Shown: in pieces, positions 29,733 to 39,871 of the stretch | Numbering within the stretch: the first letter of the stretch is position 1 | Layout of the letters: each line of letters starts with the position of its first letter | From: Staphylococcus phage vB_SauM-UFV_DC4 | DNA length: 64,000 bases | Sequence record: MZ779063.1 | Reading direction: 5' to 3' (one strand) | The notes under the pieces: model-generated | Databases searched by the model: none | The model's input: the letters and a program-made list of their open reading frames with translations, nothing else | What the model was told of the DNA's origin: nothing | Translations under genes and position numbers: made by a program

Positions 29733-31337
29733 ATGTTAAACCCAAACAGAATTAAAGATGAATTTTCGGTTCGTTTAGAAGATATCGAAAACTCTATTAA
29801 TGAATCATATAACCTTAGTACTATCGGCGGAGATTTCGCTGCTATTGCTACTGACGATGCAGTATTTGAAAGCTATAAAGATCAATTATTAGAAGGTTTT
29901 GACGCTGCTGAAGGAGAAGCTTTAGCTGGAATGTTAGATAATACTCGTGAAGAAATCTTAATGGAATCTTCAATGGGGCCTATCCAACCTTACGCTTCAC
30001 TTTCTATGCCTATTTTAGTTAAACTTTGGGCTCGTTTAGCTTTAACTGAAGCTTTACCAACTCAAGTTGCTAACAAACCAAACTTTACAGTTCCAATCTT
30101 AACTCCATATGTTGTGGATGCAGATGGTAACAAACATGCTTTACCAGAATCAATTAATAACACACCTGAAACTTTAGTTGGATTAGTTCAAATTAAAGAA
30201 GATATCGCAGTTGAAGGTGGAAAAATTACTGATTACGATTTATTTAATGGATTAAAAGAAGGTAAAGAAGTTCGTAAAGGTATTGACCGTTTAGACCGTA
30301 AATTCAAAATCGTTGAAGCTAAATGGAGTGATTCATTCGATGAACGTACTTCAGCTGCAGGATTCGTTGAATTAGGTTCTAATGTAGTTAAATTACAAGA
30401 CAATGATACATTAGTAGGACAAATTAAATATCCTACAAATGGTGATGGTGAAGTTGAAACTGACACTGTCTTAGGTAAAGTAGATGTTTCTACAGGTGAA
30501 CTTACTTTGACTTCAGCTTCAGGTAAATTAACTGATGTTAAAGTTAAAGGTTATGTAGCTTCTGAACAACATACTTCAGCTACAAACGTTGAACTTGGTT
30601 TAACTCGTAAAGACGTTGTTATTGATACAGCTCAACACATCGAAGCTACAGTACCTCTTGAAGTAATTCAAGATATGAAAGCTACTTATGATATCGATGG
30701 AGTTGCTCGTTTATCAGAAACTATGTCTCAATTATCTAGTCAAAAAGTTGACTTAGACATTATTGAATTCTTAGATCACGAATATAAAGAAACTGATGCT
30801 AAATATCACTTCAGCTTCGATGTATTCCCACATAGTGATTACAGTGCTCATCCTAAAGATTGGTTAGAAGGTCTACGTGAAGTAATTGACCACACTACTC
30901 AATCAATGAAAAACGATTACAAATTATATGACGTTCAATTCGTTATCGTTGGTAACCCATTAGACGTTCGTTTAATCCCTAACGTTTCTTGGACTTTCAA
31001 TGGTGGAGACCGTAACGCTGATGCTTATTCTAACGGAATCAAAATTAACTATTCATTAGGTGCTGCTTCAGGTACTGCTAACTACCGTATTATCGGTTCT
31101 GACTTAGTACGTCAAGGTGAATTAACTATTATTGCTATTCCTCAACAAGATAACTATAAAACATTCATGTTCTACCCTTACACATTCAATGTTGTAAATG
31201 GTGGAGGTTACCTAAATACTCGTAACCCTAATGTTCCTAACATGATGATGACTCGTAGATATACAGTTGAATCATTTGTTCCGATCATTGGACGTATTAC
31301 AATCAAAAACAACAACGGTTCAGTATACGCTCGATAA
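29733..31337 (+). CDS. Major capsid protein, T4 gp23-like
   Basis: 534 aa. C-terminal blocks FMFYPYTF..MMMTRRYTVESFVPI parallel gp23 IYYAPYVAL..VMGFKTRYGIGINPF. SD AAAGGAG. CGT/GCT/GGT-biased high-expression codon usage. Strong terminator follows. Confidence 0.8.
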   Translation: MLNPNRIKDEFSVRLEDIENSINESYNLSTIGGDFAAIATDDAVFESYKDQLLEGFDAAEGEALAGMLDNTREEILMESSMGPIQPYASLSMPILVKLWARLALTEALPTQVANKPNFTVPILTPYVVDADGNKHALPESINNTPETLVGLVQIKEDIAVEGGKITDYDLFNGLKEGKEVRKGIDRLDRKFKIVEAKWSDSFDERTSAAGFVELGSNVVKLQDNDTLVGQIKYPTNGDGEVETDTVLGKVDVSTGELTLTSASGKLTDVKVKGYVASEQHTSATNVELGLTRKDVVIDTAQHIEATVPLEVIQDMKATYDIDGVARLSETMSQLSSQKVDLDIIEFLDHEYKETDAKYHFSFDVFPHSDYSAHPKDWLEGLREVIDHTTQSMKNDYKLYDVQFVIVGNPLDVRLIPNVSWTFNGGDRNADAYSNGIKINYSLGAASGTANYRIIGSDLVRQGELTIIAIPQQDNYKTFMFYPYTFNVVNGGGYLNTRNPNVPNMMMTRRYTVESFVPIIGRITIKNNNGSVYAR

Positions 31338-31367
31338 GAGTAGTACTTTATCATTGCTATTTATATT

Positions 31368-31396
31368 ACCCATACATCTCTCTGAGGTGTATGGGT
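31368..31396 (+). terminator. Intrinsic terminator after the capsid gene
   Basis: Stem acccatacatctc / gaggtgtatgggt with one wobble pair, 3-nt loop, then ttattttat. Confidence 0.7.
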
Positions 31397-31430
31397 TTAT
31401 TTTATATCAAAAAGGAGAATATAATTCATT

Positions 31431-32585
31431 ATGAATTTACAAGAAGAACAACAATTAAATAAAATTAATAAAATAATGAATATCAATGAAGATGCTTTTA
31501 ATTTTAGTAAAAATACTTCATTATTGAGAGAAATAGATGAAGAATTTAAAACATTATTAGATAGTTATAATTATGATAAATCTGATTTTGATTTAATTGA
31601 TAAACATGAAATAAATAAAATATCTACTAATATTTCTAAAATCACTAAGAAGCTATTTAATACTAATATGAAATTAAAATTTGTTGAAGCTGATCCTAAA
31701 GGAAAAGATAAATTTAGAGTTGAATCAATTGCAAGTACAATTATAAAACCAGAACAAATTAGAAATACATTAGATGGAATTTCTAAAATAGTTATAGAAG
31801 AAAAGAATGGAATATATTATTCTAAACCTAGAGAAATTGAAGTTTTTATGGAGTTATCATCTTTAAGATACTTTTTAGAAATGAAAAAGAATTCTAAGAA
31901 GGTATCTTTTTCTAATTTTAATGAAAGAGTTTGTACTTCAATATTATTACATGAAATAGGACATAATTTATTTTTACCTATTGAAATTAAAGTAATAACT
32001 CAAGGTAAAGAACCTGCTTTTGAGCTTAAATATAAAGACAATAAACCGGTACAATTTCAATATACTAAAGATATAGAAGCGGACACTGATAGAAATTTAA
32101 AATTAGCTGGTCCTATGATAATTTCTATGACACTAATGGTTGCTATTTTAACTTCATTAACAGGTGTAGCTGCTATAACTGGAATTGCTTCTATTTTTTC
32201 TTTCTTTAAATTAGGATCAATGGATAATAAAAGAGTAGAAAAAATGAATTATAATCTATCTGAAAGATCTGCTAATCAATTACCTGCTTTATATGGATAT
32301 GCAAAAGAGAATATAATGCTTTACGATATGGTTTATGCTGCAACTAATAGTAAAATGGAAAAAACTAAAAATAATATTTTCAGTAAAATATTTAGAGGAT
32401 TAATGTATCCTGGTAGATTATTTATTAGAAATTATAAAGACTATTCATCAGATTCCATTGATAATACTATTAAGACTCTTAAATTTGAAATAAGTAACCC
32501 TAATAATAGTAAAGAAGTTAAAGAAAGTTTAAAACAACAACTTTCTGATATTCAAACTTTGATGAAGAAATCAGATAGAATGTAG
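31431..32585 (+). CDS. Membrane-associated HExxH zinc-metallopeptidase-like protein
   Basis: ILLHEIGHNLF motif. About 35 aa of hydrophobic tandem TM (LAGPMIISMTLMVAILTSLTGVAAITGIASIFSFF). Lies between the capsid and terminase genes. Confidence 0.5.
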   Translation: MNLQEEQQLNKINKIMNINEDAFNFSKNTSLLREIDEEFKTLLDSYNYDKSDFDLIDKHEINKISTNISKITKKLFNTNMKLKFVEADPKGKDKFRVESIASTIIKPEQIRNTLDGISKIVIEEKNGIYYSKPREIEVFMELSSLRYFLEMKKNSKKVSFSNFNERVCTSILLHEIGHNLFLPIEIKVITQGKEPAFELKYKDNKPVQFQYTKDIEADTDRNLKLAGPMIISMTLMVAILTSLTGVAAITGIASIFSFFKLGSMDNKRVEKMNYNLSERSANQLPALYGYAKENIMLYDMVYAATNSKMEKTKNNIFSKIFRGLMYPGRLFIRNYKDYSSDSIDNTIKTLKFEISNPNNSKEVKESLKQQLSDIQTLMKKSDRM

Positions 32586-32610
32586 ATAAGAAAAGTGAGT
32601 TGAAATAAAT

Positions 32611-34644
32611 ATGACTACTAAACCAAAATTAAAGAAAAAAGTGTATTACGATTATAAAACTAATAATGTTAGTTTTTTAAGAGTAGCTAGAGATCTTAAG
32701 AAGAACAACGTTAGAAATTATGGTATTCCATTAACTTTATATGATAAAAATCTTGTGGGAGTAGATCCTTGGGATCCTGAACTTTCTGATGAAATGAAAA
32801 CTCGTGTGTTAAGAGAAGCTAAAATTAATATATGGTTTTATCTAAGGGAAGTTATAAGAGTTCCTGTTCCTGGTGGTAAGGTTATGTATGAACTTCATAG
32901 AGGTAATATGGCTATGACTTTTTGTATGCTACATAACCTCGATACAGCTATAATGCTTCCACGTCAGCACTATAAAACATATTCAGCTGTATGTTATTAT
33001 TCATGGATAATGTTATTAGTAGGTAGTAACTATACAATGCTATTTACACATAAATCATATTCAGATACAACGGAAAACTTAAAACGTCTTAAAAACTTAT
33101 TTAAAGAGAAGTGTTTACCTGAATATGTATTAGCTAACTTTGGTGATAAAAATGATAGAGATAAGATTAATGAGTTTCAATTAGCTAGTAATAATAATAC
33201 CATTAAAACAGTTTCACCACCAACCAATGCTGAATCTGCAAACAAGGCAGGAAGAGGTAGTACCGTTCCAATGGTTTGGCTAGATGAGTGGGCTTTCATT
33301 CCACATAATCAAACAATGTTTGAAGCAATGAGACCAGCAGTCTCTACAGCATCAGCTATAGCTAAAAAGAACGGTACACCTTATGGTCTTCTTATCACCA
33401 CAACACCGAGTACTTTAGATGTACCTCAAGGACAGTTTTTCTTTGAACAAATGAATGATGCGGCTCAATGGACAGAAAAAATATATGATTATTACATTAA
33501 TTCTGAAGAAGAAGGTAACGAAAAATTAGAAGAATATATGGAAAGTAATTCAGGTAATTCATTCATCTATATAGAATATTCATATAAAGAATTAGGTAAA
33601 GATGACACTTGGTTAGAAAAGCAAAAACGTCAAATTGGTTCTTTAGAAGCAGTTAAACGTGAAATACTTCTTGAATGGGCATTTAGTAACGATGATTCAT
33701 TATTTGATGAAGAACAAATGTCAGAATTATCATTATATGCAAATAAAGAGATATATAATACTATTGATTTTAAAATAAATGGTAAAACTTATTATGTTCA
33801 TATGATTAAAAAGATGGAAAATATGCATGAAAAGAACTGGCTTGTTGGTATTGACATATCTGGCGGTCTTGGTCGAGATAATACTGCATTTACTGTAGTT
33901 GATCCGGGTACATTAGAACCAGTAATGGTCTTCCAAAATAATATAATTAATGGTCCTACTTTCAGAAAATTAATTAAAGAACTTATTACACTTTATATAC
34001 CTAATGCAGTATTAATACCTGAACGTAACTATGCTGGTACAGTAATGATAGAAGATATGATTCAAACTGATAATATTGGAGATAATATTTTTTATTCATT
34101 AAAGAATAGAACAGCAGAAAAACAAGTTGAAGTTAATAAACAAGTATTTAATGAAATGCCTAGACATAGCACTAATAAAGTTACTAAACAAGTAAGAAGA
34201 TATGGTATCGATACAACTAAAAAATCTCGTGACTTAATGCTTAATGAAATTTTATCAATGATAGTTGAAGAAAAGCCTTATCTGGTTAATAATAAACCAT
34301 TATTCCAACAAATAAAATCTCTTCAAATGAAAAAAGGTAGAATTGATCATCCTGATGGCGGTCATGATGACTTACTTATGAGTTATTTATTCTGCTTATA
34401 CGCATACTATTATGAAAAAGATATTAAGAAATTTGTTAAAGTTAAATACGGTTCAATAGTATCTCCAACTGGAGAAAATGCGGAAGAGATTGAAAAAGAA
34501 AGACAAGCTAGAAGAAAAGATATTGCATCCATAAAACGTATTGGTGGAATTATTGATGGTAATTCTCCTAGCAATCCTCTATTACAGAATAATAATTCCG
34601 CTCCAAATCAAAAATCAAAAAGAATAATGAATTTATTGGATTGA
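32611..34644 (+). CDS. terL: Terminase large subunit
   Basis: 677 aa. Walker A-like LPRQHYKT, Walker B VWLDEWAF, C-terminal nuclease block VGIDISGGLGRDNTAFTVVD. Confidence 0.9.
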   Translation: MTTKPKLKKKVYYDYKTNNVSFLRVARDLKKNNVRNYGIPLTLYDKNLVGVDPWDPELSDEMKTRVLREAKINIWFYLREVIRVPVPGGKVMYELHRGNMAMTFCMLHNLDTAIMLPRQHYKTYSAVCYYSWIMLLVGSNYTMLFTHKSYSDTTENLKRLKNLFKEKCLPEYVLANFGDKNDRDKINEFQLASNNNTIKTVSPPTNAESANKAGRGSTVPMVWLDEWAFIPHNQTMFEAMRPAVSTASAIAKKNGTPYGLLITTTPSTLDVPQGQFFFEQMNDAAQWTEKIYDYYINSEEEGNEKLEEYMESNSGNSFIYIEYSYKELGKDDTWLEKQKRQIGSLEAVKREILLEWAFSNDDSLFDEEQMSELSLYANKEIYNTIDFKINGKTYYVHMIKKMENMHEKNWLVGIDISGGLGRDNTAFTVVDPGTLEPVMVFQNNIINGPTFRKLIKELITLYIPNAVLIPERNYAGTVMIEDMIQTDNIGDNIFYSLKNRTAEKQVEVNKQVFNEMPRHSTNKVTKQVRRYGIDTTKKSRDLMLNEILSMIVEEKPYLVNNKPLFQQIKSLQMKKGRIDHPDGGHDDLLMSYLFCLYAYYYEKDIKKFVKVKYGSIVSPTGENAEEIEKERQARRKDIASIKRIGGIIDGNSPSNPLLQNNNSAPNQKSKRIMNLLD

Positions 34645-34651
34645 TTACAAT

Positions 34652-34685
34652 AAAGGTAATGGCATAATAATTTGTCATTACCTTT
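34652..34685 (+). terminator. Intrinsic terminator after terL
   Basis: Stem aaaggtaatggc / gtcattaccttt followed by a T run. Confidence 0.6.
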
Positions 34686-34822
34686 TTATTATCACAAATT
34701 TTTATTATTCCATCTTAACTAATTTGTATAATAGAATTTCAAGAATAATTTTAAATTAGAATTTTTTCTAAATTTAATAGAATAATATAATATATAATAA
34801 TAAAACGGATGGTGAAAATAAA

Positions 34823-35614
34823 TTGGCAAAAACATATTTAATTGACGATAAAGATGATTTAGAAATGGTAAAAGAAGAATATGATGAAGTCATTATGAAT
34901 ATATCTGAAGACATTATGATTGATAATATTAAAGAACAAATTGAAGATTCAAATTCAAGACAGTTCTATATTAATCAATATCATAAAGATTTCTTTGAAT
35001 ACTTTGAAATTAGATTTAAATTTATTTTAGAAAGATATAAAGAAGATAATGATATCTTAATTAAAACTAAACAAGTTTATCATGATATTCTTAATGAAAT
35101 TCAAGAATCTATTGAAAATACTTATCAATTTTCTTTAGAATTTCCAGAAGATATTTTAATTGAAGATAAAGCTCAATACATTAAATCATTGTATAATTTC
35201 TTTGTATTAAATAAAAAAGAAACTTTAAATAATTTATTTATTAACTATATTGAGAAGAATATAATGCAATTAGCTAAAACTTATAAAGATAGTATGGATG
35301 AAGATGTTATTAACTCTCTTTCATATAATAACTTAAAGAAAACTATTGATAATGATTATACACCTTTAGTATATTCTATTCCTGAAATTATTGATGGTAT
35401 TCATATTTCTGATAATGAAGATGTAATAGAGACTATTATCTATGATGAAGAATCTGAATTAAATAACTATCAAATTGATAAAATGTTAGTAGAACAATCT
35501 GTAACAGATGTTAGATTTGATAATCATTTAATTAATGTATTTAGAGATTCTTTTATAGAGAATAATGTATTACATCGAGAAGTTCAATACTATTTTATAG
35601 ATAAGTATAAATAA
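34823..35614 (+). CDS. Hypothetical acidic protein
   Basis: ORF; TTG start after GGATGGTGA. Confidence 0.45.
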   Translation: MAKTYLIDDKDDLEMVKEEYDEVIMNISEDIMIDNIKEQIEDSNSRQFYINQYHKDFFEYFEIRFKFILERYKEDNDILIKTKQVYHDILNEIQESIENTYQFSLEFPEDILIEDKAQYIKSLYNFFVLNKKETLNNLFINYIEKNIMQLAKTYKDSMDEDVINSLSYNNLKKTIDNDYTPLVYSIPEIIDGIHISDNEDVIETIIYDEESELNNYQIDKMLVEQSVTDVRFDNHLINVFRDSFIENNVLHREVQYYFIDKYK

Positions 35615-35638
35615 TAACATATAAGGAGAAAAGCTAAA

Positions 35639-36385
35639 ATGACTGAAGATAAGAGCAAAGAATTAGATTTAGAAAAATTAGAACAAGATATAGAACAAGC
35701 TAATGATGAATTTGAAAAAGAAAATGAAAAGATTGAGAAAGAGTTAGAAGAAACAAAAGAGGGAATTAATAAAGAAATAGCTTCTTATTATGGTAAAGAT
35801 AGTATTAGTCTTAATGACACTATTTCAGTAGATGCTAAGGTTAATAGATACCAAGAAAAATTAGACTTTATTAATGGAGATTTAAGTTTTGATAGTGAAG
35901 ATGATATTCCTGAAAGACTTAAACCTTTTAAAAATATGGAAATAAAAGATACTAAACAAATTGAAAATATTATTCAACAAATTAAAGACAGTAAAGAGGC
36001 TAAACATCTTGTAGAAAATATTACTATTAGTAAATTACCTGTTAATGATAATAAACTTAAAAAAGTAAATGAAAAATTAAATATGAAAATTTACAGATAT
36101 AATAAGTTACATGGTAATGAAAATAATGAATATAATTACATTGATTTAGAAGATATTCATAATACTCTAAAAAATGCTTTAGACAACGATAGTTTCAAAG
36201 AATCAAATACATTATACAAATTTATGTGTGCATTAGGTTCATACATGTCGCAAAATTATGAAAAATATCCTTACTATATAAAATCTCTTTCTGAAAATGT
36301 TGACTACATTGGAAAATTCGGTAATAAATTAGATCAGAACGAAGACTTTATCAAAGTAATAAATAGTATTCTTAAGAAATACTAA
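35639..36385 (+). CDS. Hypothetical coiled-coil protein
   Basis: ORF with AAGGAGA SD. Confidence 0.5.
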   Translation: MTEDKSKELDLEKLEQDIEQANDEFEKENEKIEKELEETKEGINKEIASYYGKDSISLNDTISVDAKVNRYQEKLDFINGDLSFDSEDDIPERLKPFKNMEIKDTKQIENIIQQIKDSKEAKHLVENITISKLPVNDNKLKKVNEKLNMKIYRYNKLHGNENNEYNYIDLEDIHNTLKNALDNDSFKESNTLYKFMCALGSYMSQNYEKYPYYIKSLSENVDYIGKFGNKLDQNEDFIKVINSILKKY

Positions 36386-36427
36386 AATATATTATTAAAA
36401 ATTATAAGAAAGAGGTTTGATTAAAAG

Positions 36428-36667
36428 ATGGAACAAATTAAATTTTATACTAAGAATAACTGTGCTAAATGTGGTTTCAGTAAAATGTTTTTAAATAATA
36501 AAGGTGTTGCTTACACTGAAATCAATATTGATGAAGATGAAAGTGCTAAAGAAGAACTTTTATCTAAAGGATACCAATCATTACCTGTAATTGATTTTGG
36601 AACAGATGTAATCGTTGGTAATGATCCTGCTAAATTAAATCAAATTTTATCTACAGTTACTGCTTAA
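36428..36667 (+). CDS. nrdH: NrdH-like glutaredoxin (redoxin for class Ib RNR)
   Basis: 79 aa. CAKC active-site motif near the N-terminus. LPVIDFGTDVIVGNDP block. Context upstream of nrdIEF. Confidence 0.6.
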   Translation: MEQIKFYTKNNCAKCGFSKMFLNNKGVAYTEINIDEDESAKEELLSKGYQSLPVIDFGTDVIVGNDPAKLNQILSTVTA

Positions 36668-36691
36668 TTAAATATAAAGGAGATTATAATT

Positions 36692-36892
36692 ATGCAAACT
36701 ATTTTTAATAGTCCAGAAGAAGTAGATTTTAAAAAATTAGCTGAGAAAGCTAGAAATAATGATAATGAATTAAATACAAAAGCTGTTCATGAAGGAGAAT
36801 ACAATTACAATTTCAGTATTGAAGGTTGGAATTACTCATTCAGTTCAGATGGAACTTATTGGAAATGGAATTATCAACAAGTTAATCAATAA
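36692..36892 (+). CDS. Small hypothetical protein (66 aa) inserted between nrdH and nrdI
   Basis: ORF with AAGGAG SD. Trp/Tyr-rich. Confidence 0.4.
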   Translation: MQTIFNSPEEVDFKKLAEKARNNDNELNTKAVHEGEYNYNFSIEGWNYSFSSDGTYWKWNYQQVNQ

Positions 36893-36910
36893 TAATGATT
36901 AATAAAAAAC

Positions 36911-36941
36911 GATCTATCACAGAGATAATCTGTGATGGATC
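36911..36941 (+). terminator. Terminator or attenuator hairpin inside the nrd cluster
   Basis: Stem gatctatcacag / ctgtgatggatc with one G-U pair, then tattttt. Confidence 0.55.
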
Positions 36942-36979
36942 TATTTTTAACGAAAAATTTTATATTTGGAGAGATTTAA

Positions 36980-37384
36980 ATGAAATTACTTTATTTCTCA
37001 TTAACAGGAAATAGTAAAAAATTTGCTGAGAAATTAGATAGCTCTATAGTAGGAGAACCTATTGAACTTAATAGAGATAATTGTGATGATATTAAAATGG
37101 ATGAAGAGTATGTATTAGTATGTGGATCTTACAATACTCCTCACGCTATTTACAATCATGTAGAAAAATTCTTTAATAATGGTAATAATTTAGAATTATG
37201 TAAAGGTATAATTGGCTCAGGAAATAGAAACCTAAATTATCAATTCTTAACTACACCTAAAAGATTATGTAGTGATTTTAATTTAGAATTGATTGCAGGA
37301 GTAGAATTGTTTGGAATTAAAAATGAACATTTAGAAGTAAATAAAAAATTAGAAGAGTTATCTAACTCTAGTATTATAAATTAA
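36980..37384 (+). CDS. nrdI: NrdI flavodoxin-like protein
   Basis: YFSLTGNS, EYVLVCGSYNT and GIIGSGNRNLNYQF blocks typical of NrdI. Confidence 0.8.
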   Translation: MKLLYFSLTGNSKKFAEKLDSSIVGEPIELNRDNCDDIKMDEEYVLVCGSYNTPHAIYNHVEKFFNNGNNLELCKGIIGSGNRNLNYQFLTTPKRLCSDFNLELIAGVELFGIKNEHLEVNKKLEELSNSSIIN

Positions 37385-37410
37385 TATATTGTAAGGAGAC
37401 TTTTAATAAA

Positions 37411-39612
37411 ATGCCAAAAGAAATAGACTTAACTTCAGAAAAATTTAAAGATTATTCATATAACGAATTAAACTCAAGAGGTTCACAATTAAAAGATGGT
37501 AATTTAGATTTAGAATTTGAATTAACATCTGTTAAAAAATATTTCTTAGATTCAGTTAATAAGAATGTAAGATACTTTAAAACATATAAAGAAAAAATTA
37601 ATTATTTAGTTGATAATGATTATATTGATGGAGACATGATCAGTAATTATGATTTTGAATTTATTAAAGGATTAATGAAAGAATTAATGGCTTATAAACA
37701 TAGATTCACTCGTCTATTAGGAGCTAAGAAATTCTATGAACAGTATGCAATGAAAGATGATGCAGGAGAAATTTTATTAGAACTATATGAAGATAGAATT
37801 TTATTTGTAGCTTTATATTTAGCTGATGGTGATGAAGAATTAGCTAGAAATATTGCTAATGAAATTATTACAGGTACTTTCCAACCTGCTACACCAACAT
37901 TCCTTAATGCAGGTAGAGTACGTTCTGGGGAATTAGTAAGTTGTTTCTTATTAACTATGGAAGATTCTTTATCATCTATTTATAGAAATATTTCTAACGT
38001 GGCACAATTAAGTAAACGTGGTGGAGGAATTGGAGTATCTTTAAGTAATTTACGTGCTGACAATGATCCAATTAAAGGTGTTGAAGGAGCAGCTTCAGGA
38101 GTAGTTCCAGTTATGAAAGTATTTGAAGACACATTATCGTATGTAAATCAATTGGGTCAACGTAATGGTGCAGGTGCACTTTACTTAAACATTTTCCATA
38201 AAGATGTAGTAAAATTCTTAGATACTAAGAAAGAAAATGCTGATGAGAAAGTAAGATTAAAAACTATTTCATTAGGTTTAACAGTTCCAGATAAATATTA
38301 TCAATTAGTTAAAGAAAATAAATCATTATATACATTTAGTCCATATGATATTAAAAAATATTACGATTTAGATTTCGATAGTATTGACTTTAATACTTAC
38401 TATGATATCTTTGTAGATGATAAACGTATTAGCAAAGAGAAAATGTATGCTCGTGATTTAGAAACTACTATTAGTAAATTACAACAAGAATCTGGCTATC
38501 CTTATATCATTAATATTGATACTGCTAATAGAGCTAATCCAATTAGTCATGGTACAATTAAAATGAGTAACCTATGTAGTGAAATTTTACAAGTACAATA
38601 CCCTTCATTAGTTGACGATAATCAACAATATGTTAAAACAGGAACAGACGTTTCATGTAACTTAGCTTCAACTATCGTACCTGGTTTAATGAAATCAGAA
38701 GACTTTGGTAAATCAGTTGGAACTATGTTAAGAAGTTTAAATTCAGTGGCAGAAAAATCTAATATTGAAGCTGTACCTACAGTTAAGAAAGCTAATGATT
38801 TATTCCATACGGTTGGTTTAGGTGCAATGGGATTACACACATATTTAGCTGAAAATCATATTCAATATGGATCAGAAGAATCTAAAGACTTTACTAATAT
38901 TTATTTCATGTTATTAAACTATTGGACATTAGTTGAATCAAATAAAATTGCTAAAGAAAAAGATGAATCATTCTACTTATTTGATAAAACTGAATATGCT
39001 GATGGTTCTTACTTTGATAAACGTTATATTGGTAAAAATATTCAACCACGTACTGAAAAAGTTAAAGAATTATTTGAAGATATCTTTATTCCATCTGATA
39101 GTGATTGGGAACAATTAAGAAATAATATCGTTATGGATGGTTTATACAATCAAAATAGATTAGCTGTAGCACCTAATGGTTCTATTGGTTATGTTAGAGA
39201 AGTATCACCTTCAATTCACCCTATTGTTGAATTAATTGAAGAACGTGTAGAAGGTAAAACAGGTACTACTTTCTATCCAGCACCAGGTATTACACCAGAT
39301 AACTTTGATTACTTTAAGAAAAATGCTTATCAATTAGATATGAGAGATATGATTGATTTATATTCAGAAGCTCAATATCATGTAGATCAAGGTATTTCTA
39401 TGAATATTTATTTAATGAATGAACTTGATCCAGATCTTTATGAATGGAAAAAAGATTCTTTAGATAAAGAAACTACTACTCGTGATATTAGTAGATTACG
39501 TAACTATGCTTACAGTAAAGGTATTAAATCTATGTATTATACTCGTATTTATTCACCAGACCATGATGAAAATTCTCAAGGTATTGTTGAATGTGAATCT
39601 TGTTCTATTTAA
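37411..39612 (+). CDS. nrdE: Ribonucleotide reductase class Ib alpha subunit
   Basis: 733 aa. PATPTFLNAG, active-site SNLCSEI, C-terminal ECESCS redox tail. Confidence 0.9.
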   Translation: MPKEIDLTSEKFKDYSYNELNSRGSQLKDGNLDLEFELTSVKKYFLDSVNKNVRYFKTYKEKINYLVDNDYIDGDMISNYDFEFIKGLMKELMAYKHRFTRLLGAKKFYEQYAMKDDAGEILLELYEDRILFVALYLADGDEELARNIANEIITGTFQPATPTFLNAGRVRSGELVSCFLLTMEDSLSSIYRNISNVAQLSKRGGGIGVSLSNLRADNDPIKGVEGAASGVVPVMKVFEDTLSYVNQLGQRNGAGALYLNIFHKDVVKFLDTKKENADEKVRLKTISLGLTVPDKYYQLVKENKSLYTFSPYDIKKYYDLDFDSIDFNTYYDIFVDDKRISKEKMYARDLETTISKLQQESGYPYIINIDTANRANPISHGTIKMSNLCSEILQVQYPSLVDDNQQYVKTGTDVSCNLASTIVPGLMKSEDFGKSVGTMLRSLNSVAEKSNIEAVPTVKKANDLFHTVGLGAMGLHTYLAENHIQYGSEESKDFTNIYFMLLNYWTLVESNKIAKEKDESFYLFDKTEYADGSYFDKRYIGKNIQPRTEKVKELFEDIFIPSDSDWEQLRNNIVMDGLYNQNRLAVAPNGSIGYVREVSPSIHPIVELIEERVEGKTGTTFYPAPGITPDNFDYFKKNAYQLDMRDMIDLYSEAQYHVDQGISMNIYLMNELDPDLYEWKKDSLDKETTTRDISRLRNYAYSKGIKSMYYTRIYSPDHDENSQGIVECESCSI

Positions 39613-39627
39613 TTGGAGGTATTTAAT

Positions 39628-39846
39628 ATGACATTAAAAGAAAAATTTGAAAGTAAATATAGAAATTTAAATAAAGAACCAGAAATTTTAATTGTAGTAA
39701 TTAAACTACCAAGTGGAGCTAAGGAAGTAATTTCCAATAGCTCTGACTTGGATAATAAAGTTCATTATTACTTAGAAAATTATGATGATCAATTTAGACA
39801 TGTTAGAGATAGCAATGTACAGATAATTGATTTCGTATTAGTTTAA
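39628..39846 (+). CDS. Small hypothetical protein (72 aa) inserted between nrdE and nrdF
   Basis: ATG at 39628 with GGAGG 7 nt upstream. The track's 39613 TTG start is less likely. Confidence 0.4.
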   Translation: MTLKEKFESKYRNLNKEPEILIVVIKLPSGAKEVISNSSDLDNKVHYYLENYDDQFRHVRDSNVQIIDFVLV

Positions 39847-39871
39847 AAATAAAGAAAAAGGATGAAGTTAA

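Noticed and set aside
37411-39612. Possible intein or intron in nrdE, or in terL at 32611..34644, as is common in phage RNR and terminase genes
   Set aside because: Both proteins are of canonical length with contiguous conserved motifs, and no HNH, LAGLIDADG or GIY-YIG signatures were seen.
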